Shown one piece after another: positions 33,385 to 42,896 of a stretch of 64,000 nt of DNA. A program made the position numbers and the translations under genes. Source of the DNA: Acidimicrobiales bacterium (lineage in GTDB: Bacteria; Actinomycetota; Acidimicrobiia; Acidimicrobiales; Aldehydirespiratoraceae); contig OZ242297.1 in NCBI GenBank assembly GCA_965207755.1, positions 2,789,816-2,853,815 of the forward strand, given 5' to 3'. Numbering within the stretch: position 1 is the stretch's first letter; each line of letters starts with the position of its first letter. Under the pieces are notes generated by a model. That model saw only the letters and a program-made list of their open reading frames with translations. It was not told the origin of the DNA and ran no database searches.

Positions 33385-36300
33385 CGTGGTCGGTGGGTGT
33401 GGGTCGATGGAGGTTCGAGCGCCTGAGGGCGGTACCGGAGGGCTCGGGGCGCGGTCGGGAGTTCGGGGCGGCTTCGCTGGAGCTGGTGTTGTTGGTGCCG
33501 GCGTTGACGGCTCTGGTGTTGTTCGTGGTGTGGGCGGGCGCCGGGGGGCGTGCGGGTCTGGTGGCTGATCTCGCCGCGGAGGAGGCGGCTGCGGCGGCGG
33601 GGATGGCGTGTGATCCTGCGGACGCGGCCGGGGATGCGCAGTGTCTGGATTCGGTGGCTCGGGAGGTTCTGGGGGCGCGCCCGGGTCTCGGGGAATTGTG
33701 CGTGGGAGGCGCAGCGCCGTCGCGGCCCGGGACGGGTCTCGCCTCCCGGCAGGGCGATGCGGTGTCGGTGGGGGTGCTGTGCCGCGCGGCAGGGGCGGCT
33801 GCGCCGTTGGGGGGTCTCGCCCCGGCGGTGGACTTCTACGGCGAGGGCACCCACGTCGTTGTGCTGCCCGACCGCTCCGTGACCGTCGCCGCCGTCTCCT
33901 CCGGCGTCACCGAGGGCTCAGACGCCGAGTTCGCGGTGACGGTGGCGCCTCCGCCCGCGGGGGCACTCGAGTTGGTGGTGACGTTGAGCGAGGACGGCGG
34001 TTTCGTGGACGGCGGCTACCTGGGCGGCCACCCGCTGGCAGTGCCCCCCTTCCCGGTCACCGAGGCGCCCAAGATCGACTTCGGTGACGGCACCCGGCTG
34101 GACGCCGACGGCGCCGTGGTCGGCGCCGACGACGCCGCCGACAGCGTGGTGTACAGGTTCGCGGTGCCGACCGTCGACGACGGCGCGGTGGAGCCAGACG
34201 GTTGGGTCCAGGCCGCCGTGGCGGTCGCGGCCGGCGACGGCTACCGGCCCGGCGCGCCGGCGCGTGTCGCCGTGCTCGACGACGACGTGCCCACCGTGAC
34301 CGTCGCCGCCGCCGACCACGACCCCGCCACACCCGGCGCGCAGACCGCCGTCACCGAGGGCGACGTCGGCGACCCGGCCGTCTACGCGGTGTTCACCGTC
34401 ACCGCGGACCAGTCGCCCGCCGAGGACACCACCATCCGGCTGTCGGTCACTGAGACCGGCGACCAGATCGCCGCCGCCGCCGAAGGCCCCAAGACAGTCA
34501 CCATCGCCAAGGGCGCCACTGCAGCCACCTACCGCGTCCCCGTCGCCGCCGACGACCGAGTCGAGGCCTCCAGCACCGTGACCGCCGCCATCACCGCGGA
34601 CGCCGCATACGCCGTGGGCGCGCCGTCGTCGGCGCCGGTGACCGTGCTCGACGACGACGTGCCCACCGTGACCGTCGCCGCCGCCGACCACGACCCCGCC
34701 ACACCCGGCGTGCAGACCGCCGTCACCGAGGGCGACGCCACCGAGTTCACCGTGTCGGTCCCCTCCCAGCACGCGCCCCTCACCGACCTCACCGTCAACC
34801 TCACCGTCACCCAGACCGGCCAGTACGTCCCCGCCGCAGGACTCGGCGCCCGCAGCGTCACCATCGACAAGGGCGCCACCACGGCCCGATTCGCCGTCGC
34901 CACCGTCGACGACAGCACCCCGGAGCCCCCGGGCGCGGTCACCGCCACTGTCACCGCCGCCCCAGATTATGCCGTGGGCGTGCCGTCATCGGCGTCGGTG
35001 GACGTGCTCGACGACGACGTGCCCGAAGTCACCGTCACCGCCGGAGCGGACGTCACCGAAGCCGACCCCGGCGACGCGGCGGTGTTCGCGGTGTTCACCG
35101 TCACCGCGGACCACGCCCCGGTCATAGACACCGCGGTGAGCCTGTCGGTCACGGAGACCGGCGACCAGATCGCCGCGGCCGCCGAGGGCGAGCACACGGC
35201 CACCATCGCCAAAGGCGCCACCACCGCCGTGCTGCGCGTCGCCGTCGCCGCCGACGACAGAGTCGAGGCCTCCAGCACCGTGACCTCCGTTATCGAGCCC
35301 GCCTCGGGGTATTCGGTGGGCGTTCCCGCCAGCGCCTCGCTGCAGGTGCTCGACGACGACCTGCCAGAAGTGACCGTCGCCGCCGGCCCCGACGTCTATG
35401 AGGGCTCCCCGGCGAAGTTCACCGTCGCCGCGGACCAGCCGCCCATCGCGGACACCGCAGTCACCCTGACAATCGCTGAGACCGGCAGCGAACTGCGCTC
35501 AGGCCAGACCGGCGCCCACACCGTCACCATACGGAAGGGCACCACCACCGCAACCCATCCGGTGCTGACCCGCGCCGACGACAACCGAGTCGAAGCAGGC
35601 AGCCGGATCACCGCCACCGTCGCAGCCGTCACCGTCGCCTCCGGCTATGGCGTCGGCGTTCCCGGGTCGGCAGAGCTGTCGGTCAAAGACAACGACAGGC
35701 CCGCAGTGTCGGTATCGCCCGGCCCGGCCATCACCGAAGGCCAGACCGCGGAGTTCACCGTGTCGGTGCCCATCCAGCACGCGCCCCTCGCCGACCTCAC
35801 CGTGCAGGTTGACGTCACCCAGACCGGCCGATACGCCGCGTCTGGCCAGACCGGCGCCCGCAGCGCCACCATCGCCAAGGGCGCCACGACAGCCAAACTC
35901 GCCGTCGCCACCATCGACGACACCACCCCGGAACCCGCAGGCGCGATCACCGCTGCAATCACCAGCGTCACCGCCGACGCCGACTACACCGTCACCGCGC
36001 CCTCCACCGCAACCGTCGCCGTCAACGACAACGAACCCACCGTCACCATCACCGCCGACACCCCAGCCGTCACCGAAGGCGACAGCGCCGCGTTCACCGT
36101 CCGCGCCGACCCCGCACCCAGCGCCGACCTCACCGTGCGAGTCAACATCACCCAGACCGGCCAATACGCCGCCGCCTCCGCCCTCGGCGCCCGCAGCGTC
36201 ACCATCACCAAGAACACCACCACCGCCAAACTCGCCGTCGCCACCGTCGACGACACCACCGTCGAACCCGCCGGAACCGTCACCGCCACCATCAGGACCG

Positions 36301-37529
36301 CAGCCGCCACCCCCCACACCGTCAAGAATCCATCCACCGCCACAATCACCGTCAACGACAACGAACCCGCTGTCACCATCACCGCCGACACCCCAGCCGT
36401 CACCGAAGGCGACAGCGCCGCGTTCACCGTCCGCGCCGACCCCGCACCCAGCGCCGACCTCACCGTGCGAGTCAACATCACCCAGACCGGCCAATACGCC
36501 GCCGCCTCCGCCCTCGGCGCCCGCAGCATCACCATCACCAAGAACACCACCACCGCCAAACTCGCCGTCGCCACCGTCGACGACACCACCGTCGAACCCG
36601 CCGGAACCGTCACCGCCACCATCAGGACCGCAGCCGCCACCCCCCACACCGTCAAGAATCCATCCACCGCCACAATCACCGTCAACGACAACGACCAGGT
36701 CGTCACCGTCACCGCCGACGCCACGGCGGTCACCGAAGGAGCCGACGCCGCCTTCACTGTCCGCGCCGACCCCGCACCCGGCAGCGACCTCACCGTCAAC
36801 ATCACCGTCACCCAGACCGGCGAATACGTCGCCGCCGCCAACCTCGGAACCCGCAACATCACCATCGCCAAAGGTGCCGCCACCGCCAGACTAGCCGTCC
36901 CGACCGTCGACGACCGGCGGGACGAACACCCCGGAACCGTCACCGTCACCGTCAACACCGCAGCCGGCTACACCCGAGGCACCCCCGACACCGCCACAAC
37001 CACAGTCAACGACAACGACCCACCGCTGTCCGGTATCATACCGGGCTACAGAGGATGCAACAGCGGCTATCTCCTGTACGAAGGCACCAGCACCAACTTC
37101 TGCGTGTTCAGCATGCCGCGGTACGGGCTGACCGCCGACGTCGACTACACGATCTACTTCGCCCAACTTGACTGGAGCACTCTTCCAATCGGGTGGACGG
37201 TGGACAGCGAGCGTCTCATTCTGCGGAATCTCAACGAGGCCGTGGCGGGCACGAGCTGCGGGTCGGGCGTCGACATCGTCATGTTGGACTGGGTGGACGG
37301 CACCTTCGGCAAGGATGCGGAATTCGATGCCGCCGTCGAGGGAGCCGGCGCCCTGCGGGGAACGGTCAAGGAGGGCAAGAGCATCCATCTGGCATGGGAC
37401 ATCAGAGTATGCAACGACTATGTGAAAGAAGGATGGGAACTGACCGCAATAAGGATCACATTCGAATCCGGAGGTCAAACCCGGACCTACAAAATCCCCA
37501 CGCTGTTGTTGGTGAGAGACAACGACTGA
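33375..37529 (+). CDS. giant surface protein: TadE-like pseudopilin N-terminus, 9 Calx-beta-like repeats and a novel Cys-containing C-terminal domain
   Basis: The N-terminus REFG|AASLELVLLVPALTALVLFVVWA fits a prepilin-type G|xxxxE site and the TadE family. Nine repeats of about 110 aa follow (VTEGD.A.FTV...LTV.V.VTQTG.Y....GARSVTI.KG.TTA.LAV.TVDD...EP.G.VTA). The last 170 aa or so are unrelated and have lower G+C. Confidence 0.8.
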   Translation: MPSSWSVGVGRWRFERLRAVPEGSGRGREFGAASLELVLLVPALTALVLFVVWAGAGGRAGLVADLAAEEAAAAAGMACDPADAAGDAQCLDSVAREVLGARPGLGELCVGGAAPSRPGTGLASRQGDAVSVGVLCRAAGAAAPLGGLAPAVDFYGEGTHVVVLPDRSVTVAAVSSGVTEGSDAEFAVTVAPPPAGALELVVTLSEDGGFVDGGYLGGHPLAVPPFPVTEAPKIDFGDGTRLDADGAVVGADDAADSVVYRFAVPTVDDGAVEPDGWVQAAVAVAAGDGYRPGAPARVAVLDDDVPTVTVAAADHDPATPGAQTAVTEGDVGDPAVYAVFTVTADQSPAEDTTIRLSVTETGDQIAAAAEGPKTVTIAKGATAATYRVPVAADDRVEASSTVTAAITADAAYAVGAPSSAPVTVLDDDVPTVTVAAADHDPATPGVQTAVTEGDATEFTVSVPSQHAPLTDLTVNLTVTQTGQYVPAAGLGARSVTIDKGATTARFAVATVDDSTPEPPGAVTATVTAAPDYAVGVPSSASVDVLDDDVPEVTVTAGADVTEADPGDAAVFAVFTVTADHAPVIDTAVSLSVTETGDQIAAAAEGEHTATIAKGATTAVLRVAVAADDRVEASSTVTSVIEPASGYSVGVPASASLQVLDDDLPEVTVAAGPDVYEGSPAKFTVAADQPPIADTAVTLTIAETGSELRSGQTGAHTVTIRKGTTTATHPVLTRADDNRVEAGSRITATVAAVTVASGYGVGVPGSAELSVKDNDRPAVSVSPGPAITEGQTAEFTVSVPIQHAPLADLTVQVDVTQTGRYAASGQTGARSATIAKGATTAKLAVATIDDTTPEPAGAITAAITSVTADADYTVTAPSTATVAVNDNEPTVTITADTPAVTEGDSAAFTVRADPAPSADLTVRVNITQTGQYAAASALGARSVTITKNTTTAKLAVATVDDTTVEPAGTVTATIRTAAATPHTVKNPSTATITVNDNEPAVTITADTPAVTEGDSAAFTVRADPAPSADLTVRVNITQTGQYAAASALGARSITITKNTTTAKLAVATVDDTTVEPAGTVTATIRTAAATPHTVKNPSTATITVNDNDQVVTVTADATAVTEGADAAFTVRADPAPGSDLTVNITVTQTGEYVAAANLGTRNITIAKGAATARLAVPTVDDRRDEHPGTVTVTVNTAAGYTRGTPDTATTTVNDNDPPLSGIIPGYRGCNSGYLLYEGTSTNFCVFSMPRYGLTADVDYTIYFAQLDWSTLPIGWTVDSERLILRNLNEAVAGTSCGSGVDIVMLDWVDGTFGKDAEFDAAVEGAGALRGTVKEGKSIHLAWDIRVCNDYVKEGWELTAIRITFESGGQTRTYKIPTLLLVRDND
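36021..36680 (+). repeat. near-identical 330-bp tandem duplication inside the giant gene (two Calx-beta-like units)
   Basis: The anchor gtcaacgaca recurs at 36021, 36351 and 36681. By eye, units 36021-36350 and 36351-36680 differ at only a few positions. Confidence 0.9.
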
Positions 37530-37541
37530 CCGGCACACCGG

Positions 37542-38630
37542 ATGACTCTCCCGCCCGTCCGCCCCGTCAGCAAGGTGCGCTCCGGCGACACTCGCGCCGT
37601 GGCCCGAGCGCCGAAGGGAATCGATCCGGAGCCGGTCACTGCCTGGCTGGCGGCCGAAGTGGGCACGGTGCCGCCCCTCGACTTCGATCCCATCGCCGGG
37701 GGCGCCTCCAACCTCACGTTCGTGGTCACCGATGCCGCCGGCCGCCGGGTCGTTCTGAGGCGCCCGCCCACCGGCCATGTGCTGGCCAGCGCCCACGACA
37801 TGGGCCGCGAGCACCGGGTCATCTCGGCTCTGGCCCCCACCCCGGTGCCGGTTCCGCCCGCGCTGGGATTGTGTACCGACCCGGCCATCAACGGCGCCGA
37901 CTTCTACGTGATGGACTACGTCGAGGGCTCGGTGGTGTTCGACCGGGACGACGCCACAGCGGTGGACGAGGCGGTGCGTCCGGTGATGGCCCGCTCGATC
38001 GTCGACACCCTTGCGGACCTTCACTCCCTGGATCCCGACGACGTCGGACTGGGCGACCTCGGCCGCCGCGAGGGCTACTGCGCCCGCCAACTGCGACGCT
38101 GGCAGCGCCAGGTGGACGAGGGCTCCGACCGCGACCTGCCCCTGGTGCGGGCCCTGCACGACCGGCTGGTGGCGACGATCCCCGAGCAGCAGGGCACAGG
38201 CATCGTGCACGGCGACTACCGCCTCGACAACTGCATCATGGCCGCCGACGGATCGGTGGCCGCGGTGCTCGACTGGGAGCTGTGCACCCTCGGCGACGTG
38301 CTGATCGACGTGGCCGGGCTGGTGACCTGGTGGGGCGACACGGAGAGGGGCGAGGGCCGGCTGGCCGACATGCCCACCACCGTCGACGGCTTCGGCAGCC
38401 CTGATGACGTGCTGGAGCGCTACAGCCGGCGATCCGGCCGGGACCTGTCGTCGCTGGACTGGTACGTGGCGCTACAGTTCTGGCGGATGGCCTGCATCAT
38501 CGAGGGCGTGAGGGTGCGCCACACCTCGGGTGCCATGGGCGACAACCAGCAGTACGACGACACCGGTGCCCGGATGTTCATCGACTACTCCTTGGCGCGC
38601 TGCACCGAAGCCCTCGATTCGGCGTCCTGA
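37542..38630 (+). CDS. phosphotransferase-family kinase (APH/choline-kinase-like)
   Basis: The catalytic segment is IVHGDYRLDNCIM, followed by VLDWELCTLGD. GASNLTFVV lies in the N-lobe. Confidence 0.85.
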   Translation: MTLPPVRPVSKVRSGDTRAVARAPKGIDPEPVTAWLAAEVGTVPPLDFDPIAGGASNLTFVVTDAAGRRVVLRRPPTGHVLASAHDMGREHRVISALAPTPVPVPPALGLCTDPAINGADFYVMDYVEGSVVFDRDDATAVDEAVRPVMARSIVDTLADLHSLDPDDVGLGDLGRREGYCARQLRRWQRQVDEGSDRDLPLVRALHDRLVATIPEQQGTGIVHGDYRLDNCIMAADGSVAAVLDWELCTLGDVLIDVAGLVTWWGDTERGEGRLADMPTTVDGFGSPDDVLERYSRRSGRDLSSLDWYVALQFWRMACIIEGVRVRHTSGAMGDNQQYDDTGARMFIDYSLARCTEALDSAS

Positions 38631-38635
38631 CGCCC

Positions 38636-40714
38636 ATGCGCGACCCCGCCTACGACGTGCTGTTCGAGCCGGTGCCGATCGGCCCGCTGGTGGCCAAGAA
38701 CCGGTTCTTCCAGGTGCCCCACTGCAACGGCATGGGCTACCGGGACCCCAGAGCCTGCGCCGAGATGCGGGCGGTCAAGGCCCAGGGCGGCTGGGCGGTG
38801 GTGTGCACCGAGGAAGCCGAGATCCACTACACGTCCGAGGTCACGCCCTACATCGAGGCCCGCATCTGGGACGACGCCGACATCCCCGCGCTGGCGGTGA
38901 TGGCCGAGCGGGTCCACGACTGCGGGGCGCTGGCCGGCATCGAACTCGCCTACAACGGACTCGACGGCACCAACCTCCACTCCCGTGTGGTCCCGCAGGC
39001 GCCGTCGGCGCTGCCGGTGATCTCCGGTTCCTGCCACCCCGTCCAGGCCCGGGCCATGACCAAGCGGGACATCGCCAACCTGCGGCGCTGGCACCGCCAG
39101 GCCGTGGACCGCTCGCTGCGGGCCGGTTTCGACCTGGTCTACGTGTACTCGGGCCACTCCCTCGGCGCGACCCATCACTTCCTGTCGCGGCGCTACAACC
39201 ACCGCAGCGACGAGTACGGAGGCAGCGTCCGCAACCGGATGCGGCTGCTGCGCGAGCTGCTGGAGGACGCCGTCGACGAGGTCGCCGGACGGGCCGCGGT
39301 GGCCTGCCGGATCACCGTGGACGAGACCATGTACCGCGACGGCATCGACCGCGCCGAGATCGAGGAGGTGATCGGCGAGCTGGGCGAGATCCCCGACCTG
39401 TGGGACTTCGTGCCCGGCGCATGGGAGGACGACAGCGTCACCTCGCGCTTCAGTGCCGAGGCCCACGAGGAGCAGTGGGTGCGGGGCCTGAAGGCCCTGA
39501 CCTCCAAGCCGGTGGTAGGGGTCGGCCGCTTCACCTCCCCGGACACCATGGTCCGCATGATCCGGCAAGGGATCCTGGACTTCATCGGCGCGGCCCGGCC
39601 CTCCATCGCCGACCCGTACCTTCCCCTCAAGATCGAGGAGGGCCGGCCGGAGGACATCCGCGAGTGCATCGGCTGCAACATCTGCGTGACCGGCGACTAC
39701 ACGATGTCTCCCATCCGCTGCACCCAGAACCCGTCGATGGGCGAGGAATGGCGACGGGGCTGGCACCCCGAGGACTACCGACCCCGCCACGCGGCCGAGA
39801 AGGTGCTGGTGGTGGGCGCCGGCCCGGCCGGCCTGGAGGCGGCCATGGCGCTGGGCAAGCGGGGCTACGAGGTGGTGCTGGTCGAGAAGTCACGCACCCT
39901 CGGTGGCCGGGTGGCGGCCGAGGCCCGCCTGCCGGGGCTGGCTGAGTGGATCCGGGTGGCGGACTACCGACTGGGCCAGATCTCGCGGCTCGACAACGTC
40001 GAGCACTACCTGGAGAGCGACATGACCGCCGCGGAGGCCCTCGCCTACGGCTTCGACCACATCGCGGTGGCCACAGGCTCGGTCTGGCGCCGCGACGGGG
40101 TGGCCCGCTGGCACACCCGGGCCGGCGCCATGCCCATAGGCGGCCTGCCGGTGTACACGCCCGACGACATCCTGGCCGGAACCCGTCCCCCCGCCGGTGC
40201 TCGGGTGGCCGTCTACGACGACGACCACTACTACATGGGCGGCGTCCTGGCCGAGCTGCTGCAAGGCGAGGGTTACGAGGTGGTGCTGGCCACGCCGGAG
40301 CCGCTGGTGTCGGGGTGGACGGTCAACACCATGGAGCAGCACCGCATCCAGGCCCGGCTCATGGAAGCGGGCGTCGGACTGCACACGTCGACCGCGGTCT
40401 CGGCCGTGCTCGACGACGGGCTGCGAGCCGAGTGCGCCTTCACCGGCCGCGAGCGCCGGATCGGCGCCGACGCGGCTCTGCTGGTCACTGCCCGCCTGCC
40501 CGTCGACGGGCTGGTCCAGGATCTGCTGGCCCGCCGCGACGAGTGGGCCGACAACGGCCTGCGCAGCGTCCGGGCCGTGGGAGACGCCCTGGCCCCCGGG
40601 ACTGTCGCGGCCGCGGTTTGGGACGGTCGCCGCTACGCGGAGGAGTTGGAAGCCCCCACCGACGACTCCGACGCCACCCCCTACCGCCGCGAGATCGCCG
40701 CTCTGAGCCCCTGA
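38636..40714 (+). CDS. NADH:flavin oxidoreductase of the OYE/2,4-dienoyl-CoA-reductase/TMADH type (FMN + 4Fe-4S + NAD(P)/FAD-binding domains)
   Basis: The TIM-barrel N-terminus contains NRFFQVPH. The Cys cluster is CIGCNICV...CTQNP. The dinucleotide fold is VLVVGAGPAGLEAA. Confidence 0.85.
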   Translation: MRDPAYDVLFEPVPIGPLVAKNRFFQVPHCNGMGYRDPRACAEMRAVKAQGGWAVVCTEEAEIHYTSEVTPYIEARIWDDADIPALAVMAERVHDCGALAGIELAYNGLDGTNLHSRVVPQAPSALPVISGSCHPVQARAMTKRDIANLRRWHRQAVDRSLRAGFDLVYVYSGHSLGATHHFLSRRYNHRSDEYGGSVRNRMRLLRELLEDAVDEVAGRAAVACRITVDETMYRDGIDRAEIEEVIGELGEIPDLWDFVPGAWEDDSVTSRFSAEAHEEQWVRGLKALTSKPVVGVGRFTSPDTMVRMIRQGILDFIGAARPSIADPYLPLKIEEGRPEDIRECIGCNICVTGDYTMSPIRCTQNPSMGEEWRRGWHPEDYRPRHAAEKVLVVGAGPAGLEAAMALGKRGYEVVLVEKSRTLGGRVAAEARLPGLAEWIRVADYRLGQISRLDNVEHYLESDMTAAEALAYGFDHIAVATGSVWRRDGVARWHTRAGAMPIGGLPVYTPDDILAGTRPPAGARVAVYDDDHYYMGGVLAELLQGEGYEVVLATPEPLVSGWTVNTMEQHRIQARLMEAGVGLHTSTAVSAVLDDGLRAECAFTGRERRIGADAALLVTARLPVDGLVQDLLARRDEWADNGLRSVRAVGDALAPGTVAAAVWDGRRYAEELEAPTDDSDATPYRREIAALSP

Positions 40715-40735
40715 CTCGCCGGGGCCCGGCTAGGT

Positions 40736-41236
40736 TCAGCCCAGGGCGGCCAGGGCGGCGTCGTAGTCGGGCTCGTCGGCGATCTCGGAGACCATCTCGG
40801 TGTGCAGCACGCTGCCGTCGGCGTCGATCACGACCACCGCCCGGGCGCACAGTCCGGCTAGCGGGCCGCCCCCGATGCCGATCCCGTAGTCGTCGAGGAA
40901 CTCCGAGTTGCGGAAGGTCGAGCCCGTGGTCACGTTCTCGATCCCCTCGGCGCCGCAGAACCGGCCCGAGGCGAACGGCAGGTCGGCCGACACGCACACC
41001 ACAGTCGTGTCGTCCAGACCGGCGGCCCGCTCGTTGAACGTGCGCACGCTCTGAGCGCAGGTCGGGGTGTCGATCGACGGGAAGATGTTCAACACCACCC
41101 GGCCGCCGAGCAGGCCCTCGGAGGTCACCGCGTCGAGGTCGCCTCCGGTCAGGGCGAAGGCAGGGGCGGGCCGGCCCACCGGCGGCAGATCGCCCACGGT
41201 CTTGAGGGGATTGCCCCGGAACGTGATCTCAGCCAT
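40736..41236 (-). CDS. tpx: thiol peroxidase Tpx
   Basis: The protein begins MAEITFRGNPLKTVG and contains IFPSIDTPTCAQS (peroxidatic Cys) and VVCVSADLPFA. The ATG at 41236 is preceded by AAGGAGA. Confidence 0.9.
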   Translation of the reverse strand: MAEITFRGNPLKTVGDLPPVGRPAPAFALTGGDLDAVTSEGLLGGRVVLNIFPSIDTPTCAQSVRTFNERAAGLDDTTVVCVSADLPFASGRFCGAEGIENVTTGSTFRNSEFLDDYGIGIGGGPLAGLCARAVVVIDADGSVLHTEMVSEIADEPDYDAALAALG

Positions 41237-41302
41237 TTGCGTCTCCTTTGGAAGCTGGGGGAAGGCTCGCACCCGACGGGTCGCCACATCAGTGCGTGAC
41301 GG

Positions 41303-42784
41303 ATGATCCGTATGCACACCGGAGGCTACAACCGCTCGCCGTTACCATCCCCTCCGATGGCGCCCGAACCTGCACCACCGCCCGACCCGCTCGACCTCGA
41401 GGCGTTCCGCCGCAACGCCCACGCCCTGGTCGACTGGGTGGCCGACTACCTCGCCGGACTCGGCGCCAGGCCGGTCCGCGAGCCGGTGGCGCCCGGTGAG
41501 GTGCGAGCCAAGCTGCCCGACCGAGCACCCGAGGGGCCCGAGCCCTTCGACGCGGTGCTGGCCGACCTCGACCGGGTGGTGGTGCCGGGGCTGGCCCACT
41601 GGCAGCATCCCGGCTGGTTCGCCTTCTTCCCGGCCCAGACCTCGCCGCCGGCGGTGCTCGGCGAGTTGGCCGCGGCCGGCATCGGCGTGCAGGGGATGAT
41701 GTGGGCGACCTCGCCGGCGTCCACCGAGCTCGAGTCCCACATGCTCGACTGGCTGGTCGACCTGCTCGACGTGCCCCAGTCGTGGAAGACGACCGGACCC
41801 GGCGGCGGGGTGCTGCAGGCCGGCGCCTCGACCGCCACCCACACCGCCATGATGGTGGCCCGCGAGCTCTGCCGCGAGCGCACCGGGGCACCGGCCGAGC
41901 AGATGGTGGCGTACACGTCCAGCCAGGCCCACTCGTCGCTGGAGAAGGGCGCCATGCTGACGGGGTTCGGCCACCTCCGCCTGCTGGACGTCGACTCGGA
42001 CTTCGCGGCCCGGCCCGAGGCGCTGACCGGAGCGATCGAGGCCGACCGCCGCGACGGCCTGATACCGGCCTTCCTGGGCTCGAACATGGGCACCACCGGG
42101 ACCGCGGGGGTCGATCCGCTGCGCGCCCTCGGCAGGATCGCCCAGGCCGAGCAGATGTGGCACCACGTCGACGCGGCCTACGGAGGGTCGGCCATGATCT
42201 GCGAGGAGTTCCGCCACCACCACGACGGGCTGGAACTGGTCGACAGCTACACCTTCAACCCCCACAAGTGGCTGGCCACCAACCTGGAGTGCTCGGTGAT
42301 GTGGGTCGCCGACCGGCGGCCCCTGATCGACACCCTCAGCGTTACACCCCCCTACCTGCGCAACCCGGCCTCGGAGTCGGGCCTGGTGATCGACTACCGG
42401 GACTGGCACGGCCCGCTGGGGCGGCCGTTCCGGGCGCTCAAGCTGTGGTTCGTGCTGCGCGGCTTCGGCGCCGAGGGCCTGCGGCGCATGATCCGCAACC
42501 ATGTCGGTTGGGCACGCGAGCTGGCCGAGCGCGTCGACGACCACCCCCGGCTGGAGCGCATCGCGCCGGTACACTTCGCGCTGGTGTCGTTCGTACACCG
42601 CGACGGCGACGCGGCCACCGGCGCCCTGGCCGAAGCCATCAACGCCGACGGCCGGTTCTACGTCACGACCTCGGAGATCGACGGTCGGCGGTTCGTGCGG
42701 ATCTCGGTCGGCTCCACCTGGACCACCGCCGACGATGTCGAGGCCCTATGGGACCTCATCGAGGCCCGCTCCTCCGTTCTGTGA
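41303..42784 (+). CDS. PLP-dependent group II decarboxylase (aromatic-L-amino-acid/DDC-like)
   Basis: Diagnostic segments are HWQHPGWFAFFPA and the PLP-lysine motif SYTFNPHKWL. The start is possibly at ATG 41357 (MAPEPAPP). Confidence 0.85.
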   Translation: MIRMHTGGYNRSPLPSPPMAPEPAPPPDPLDLEAFRRNAHALVDWVADYLAGLGARPVREPVAPGEVRAKLPDRAPEGPEPFDAVLADLDRVVVPGLAHWQHPGWFAFFPAQTSPPAVLGELAAAGIGVQGMMWATSPASTELESHMLDWLVDLLDVPQSWKTTGPGGGVLQAGASTATHTAMMVARELCRERTGAPAEQMVAYTSSQAHSSLEKGAMLTGFGHLRLLDVDSDFAARPEALTGAIEADRRDGLIPAFLGSNMGTTGTAGVDPLRALGRIAQAEQMWHHVDAAYGGSAMICEEFRHHHDGLELVDSYTFNPHKWLATNLECSVMWVADRRPLIDTLSVTPPYLRNPASESGLVIDYRDWHGPLGRPFRALKLWFVLRGFGAEGLRRMIRNHVGWARELAERVDDHPRLERIAPVHFALVSFVHRDGDAATGALAEAINADGRFYVTTSEIDGRRFVRISVGSTWTTADDVEALWDLIEARSSVL

Positions 42785-42896
42785 GCAGATATGCCGACTG
42801 AGGCGGCTCTGTTGCGCACAGAACGCTGGGATCGAGTTCTGTGAGCAGATATGCCGACTGAGGCGGCTCTGTTGCGCACAGAACGCTGGGGGGGCT
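42777..42896. repeat. tandem repeat, 2 copies of 60 bp, starting in the last codons of the decarboxylase gene
   Basis: The sequence ttctgtgagcagatatgccgactgaggcggctctgttgcgcacagaacgctggg occurs at 42777 and 42837. Each copy contains the stem GTTCTGTG...CACAGAAC. Confidence 0.9.

Noticed and set aside
35499-36958. Alternative-frame ORFs inside the giant gene (for example the Pro-rich 35647..36894 plus-strand ORF and the Gly-rich 35499..36647 minus-strand ORF)
   Set aside because: Their periodicity simply mirrors the 330-bp Calx-beta-like repeats of the real frame. They have no independent start context, and their composition is a frame-shift artefact.
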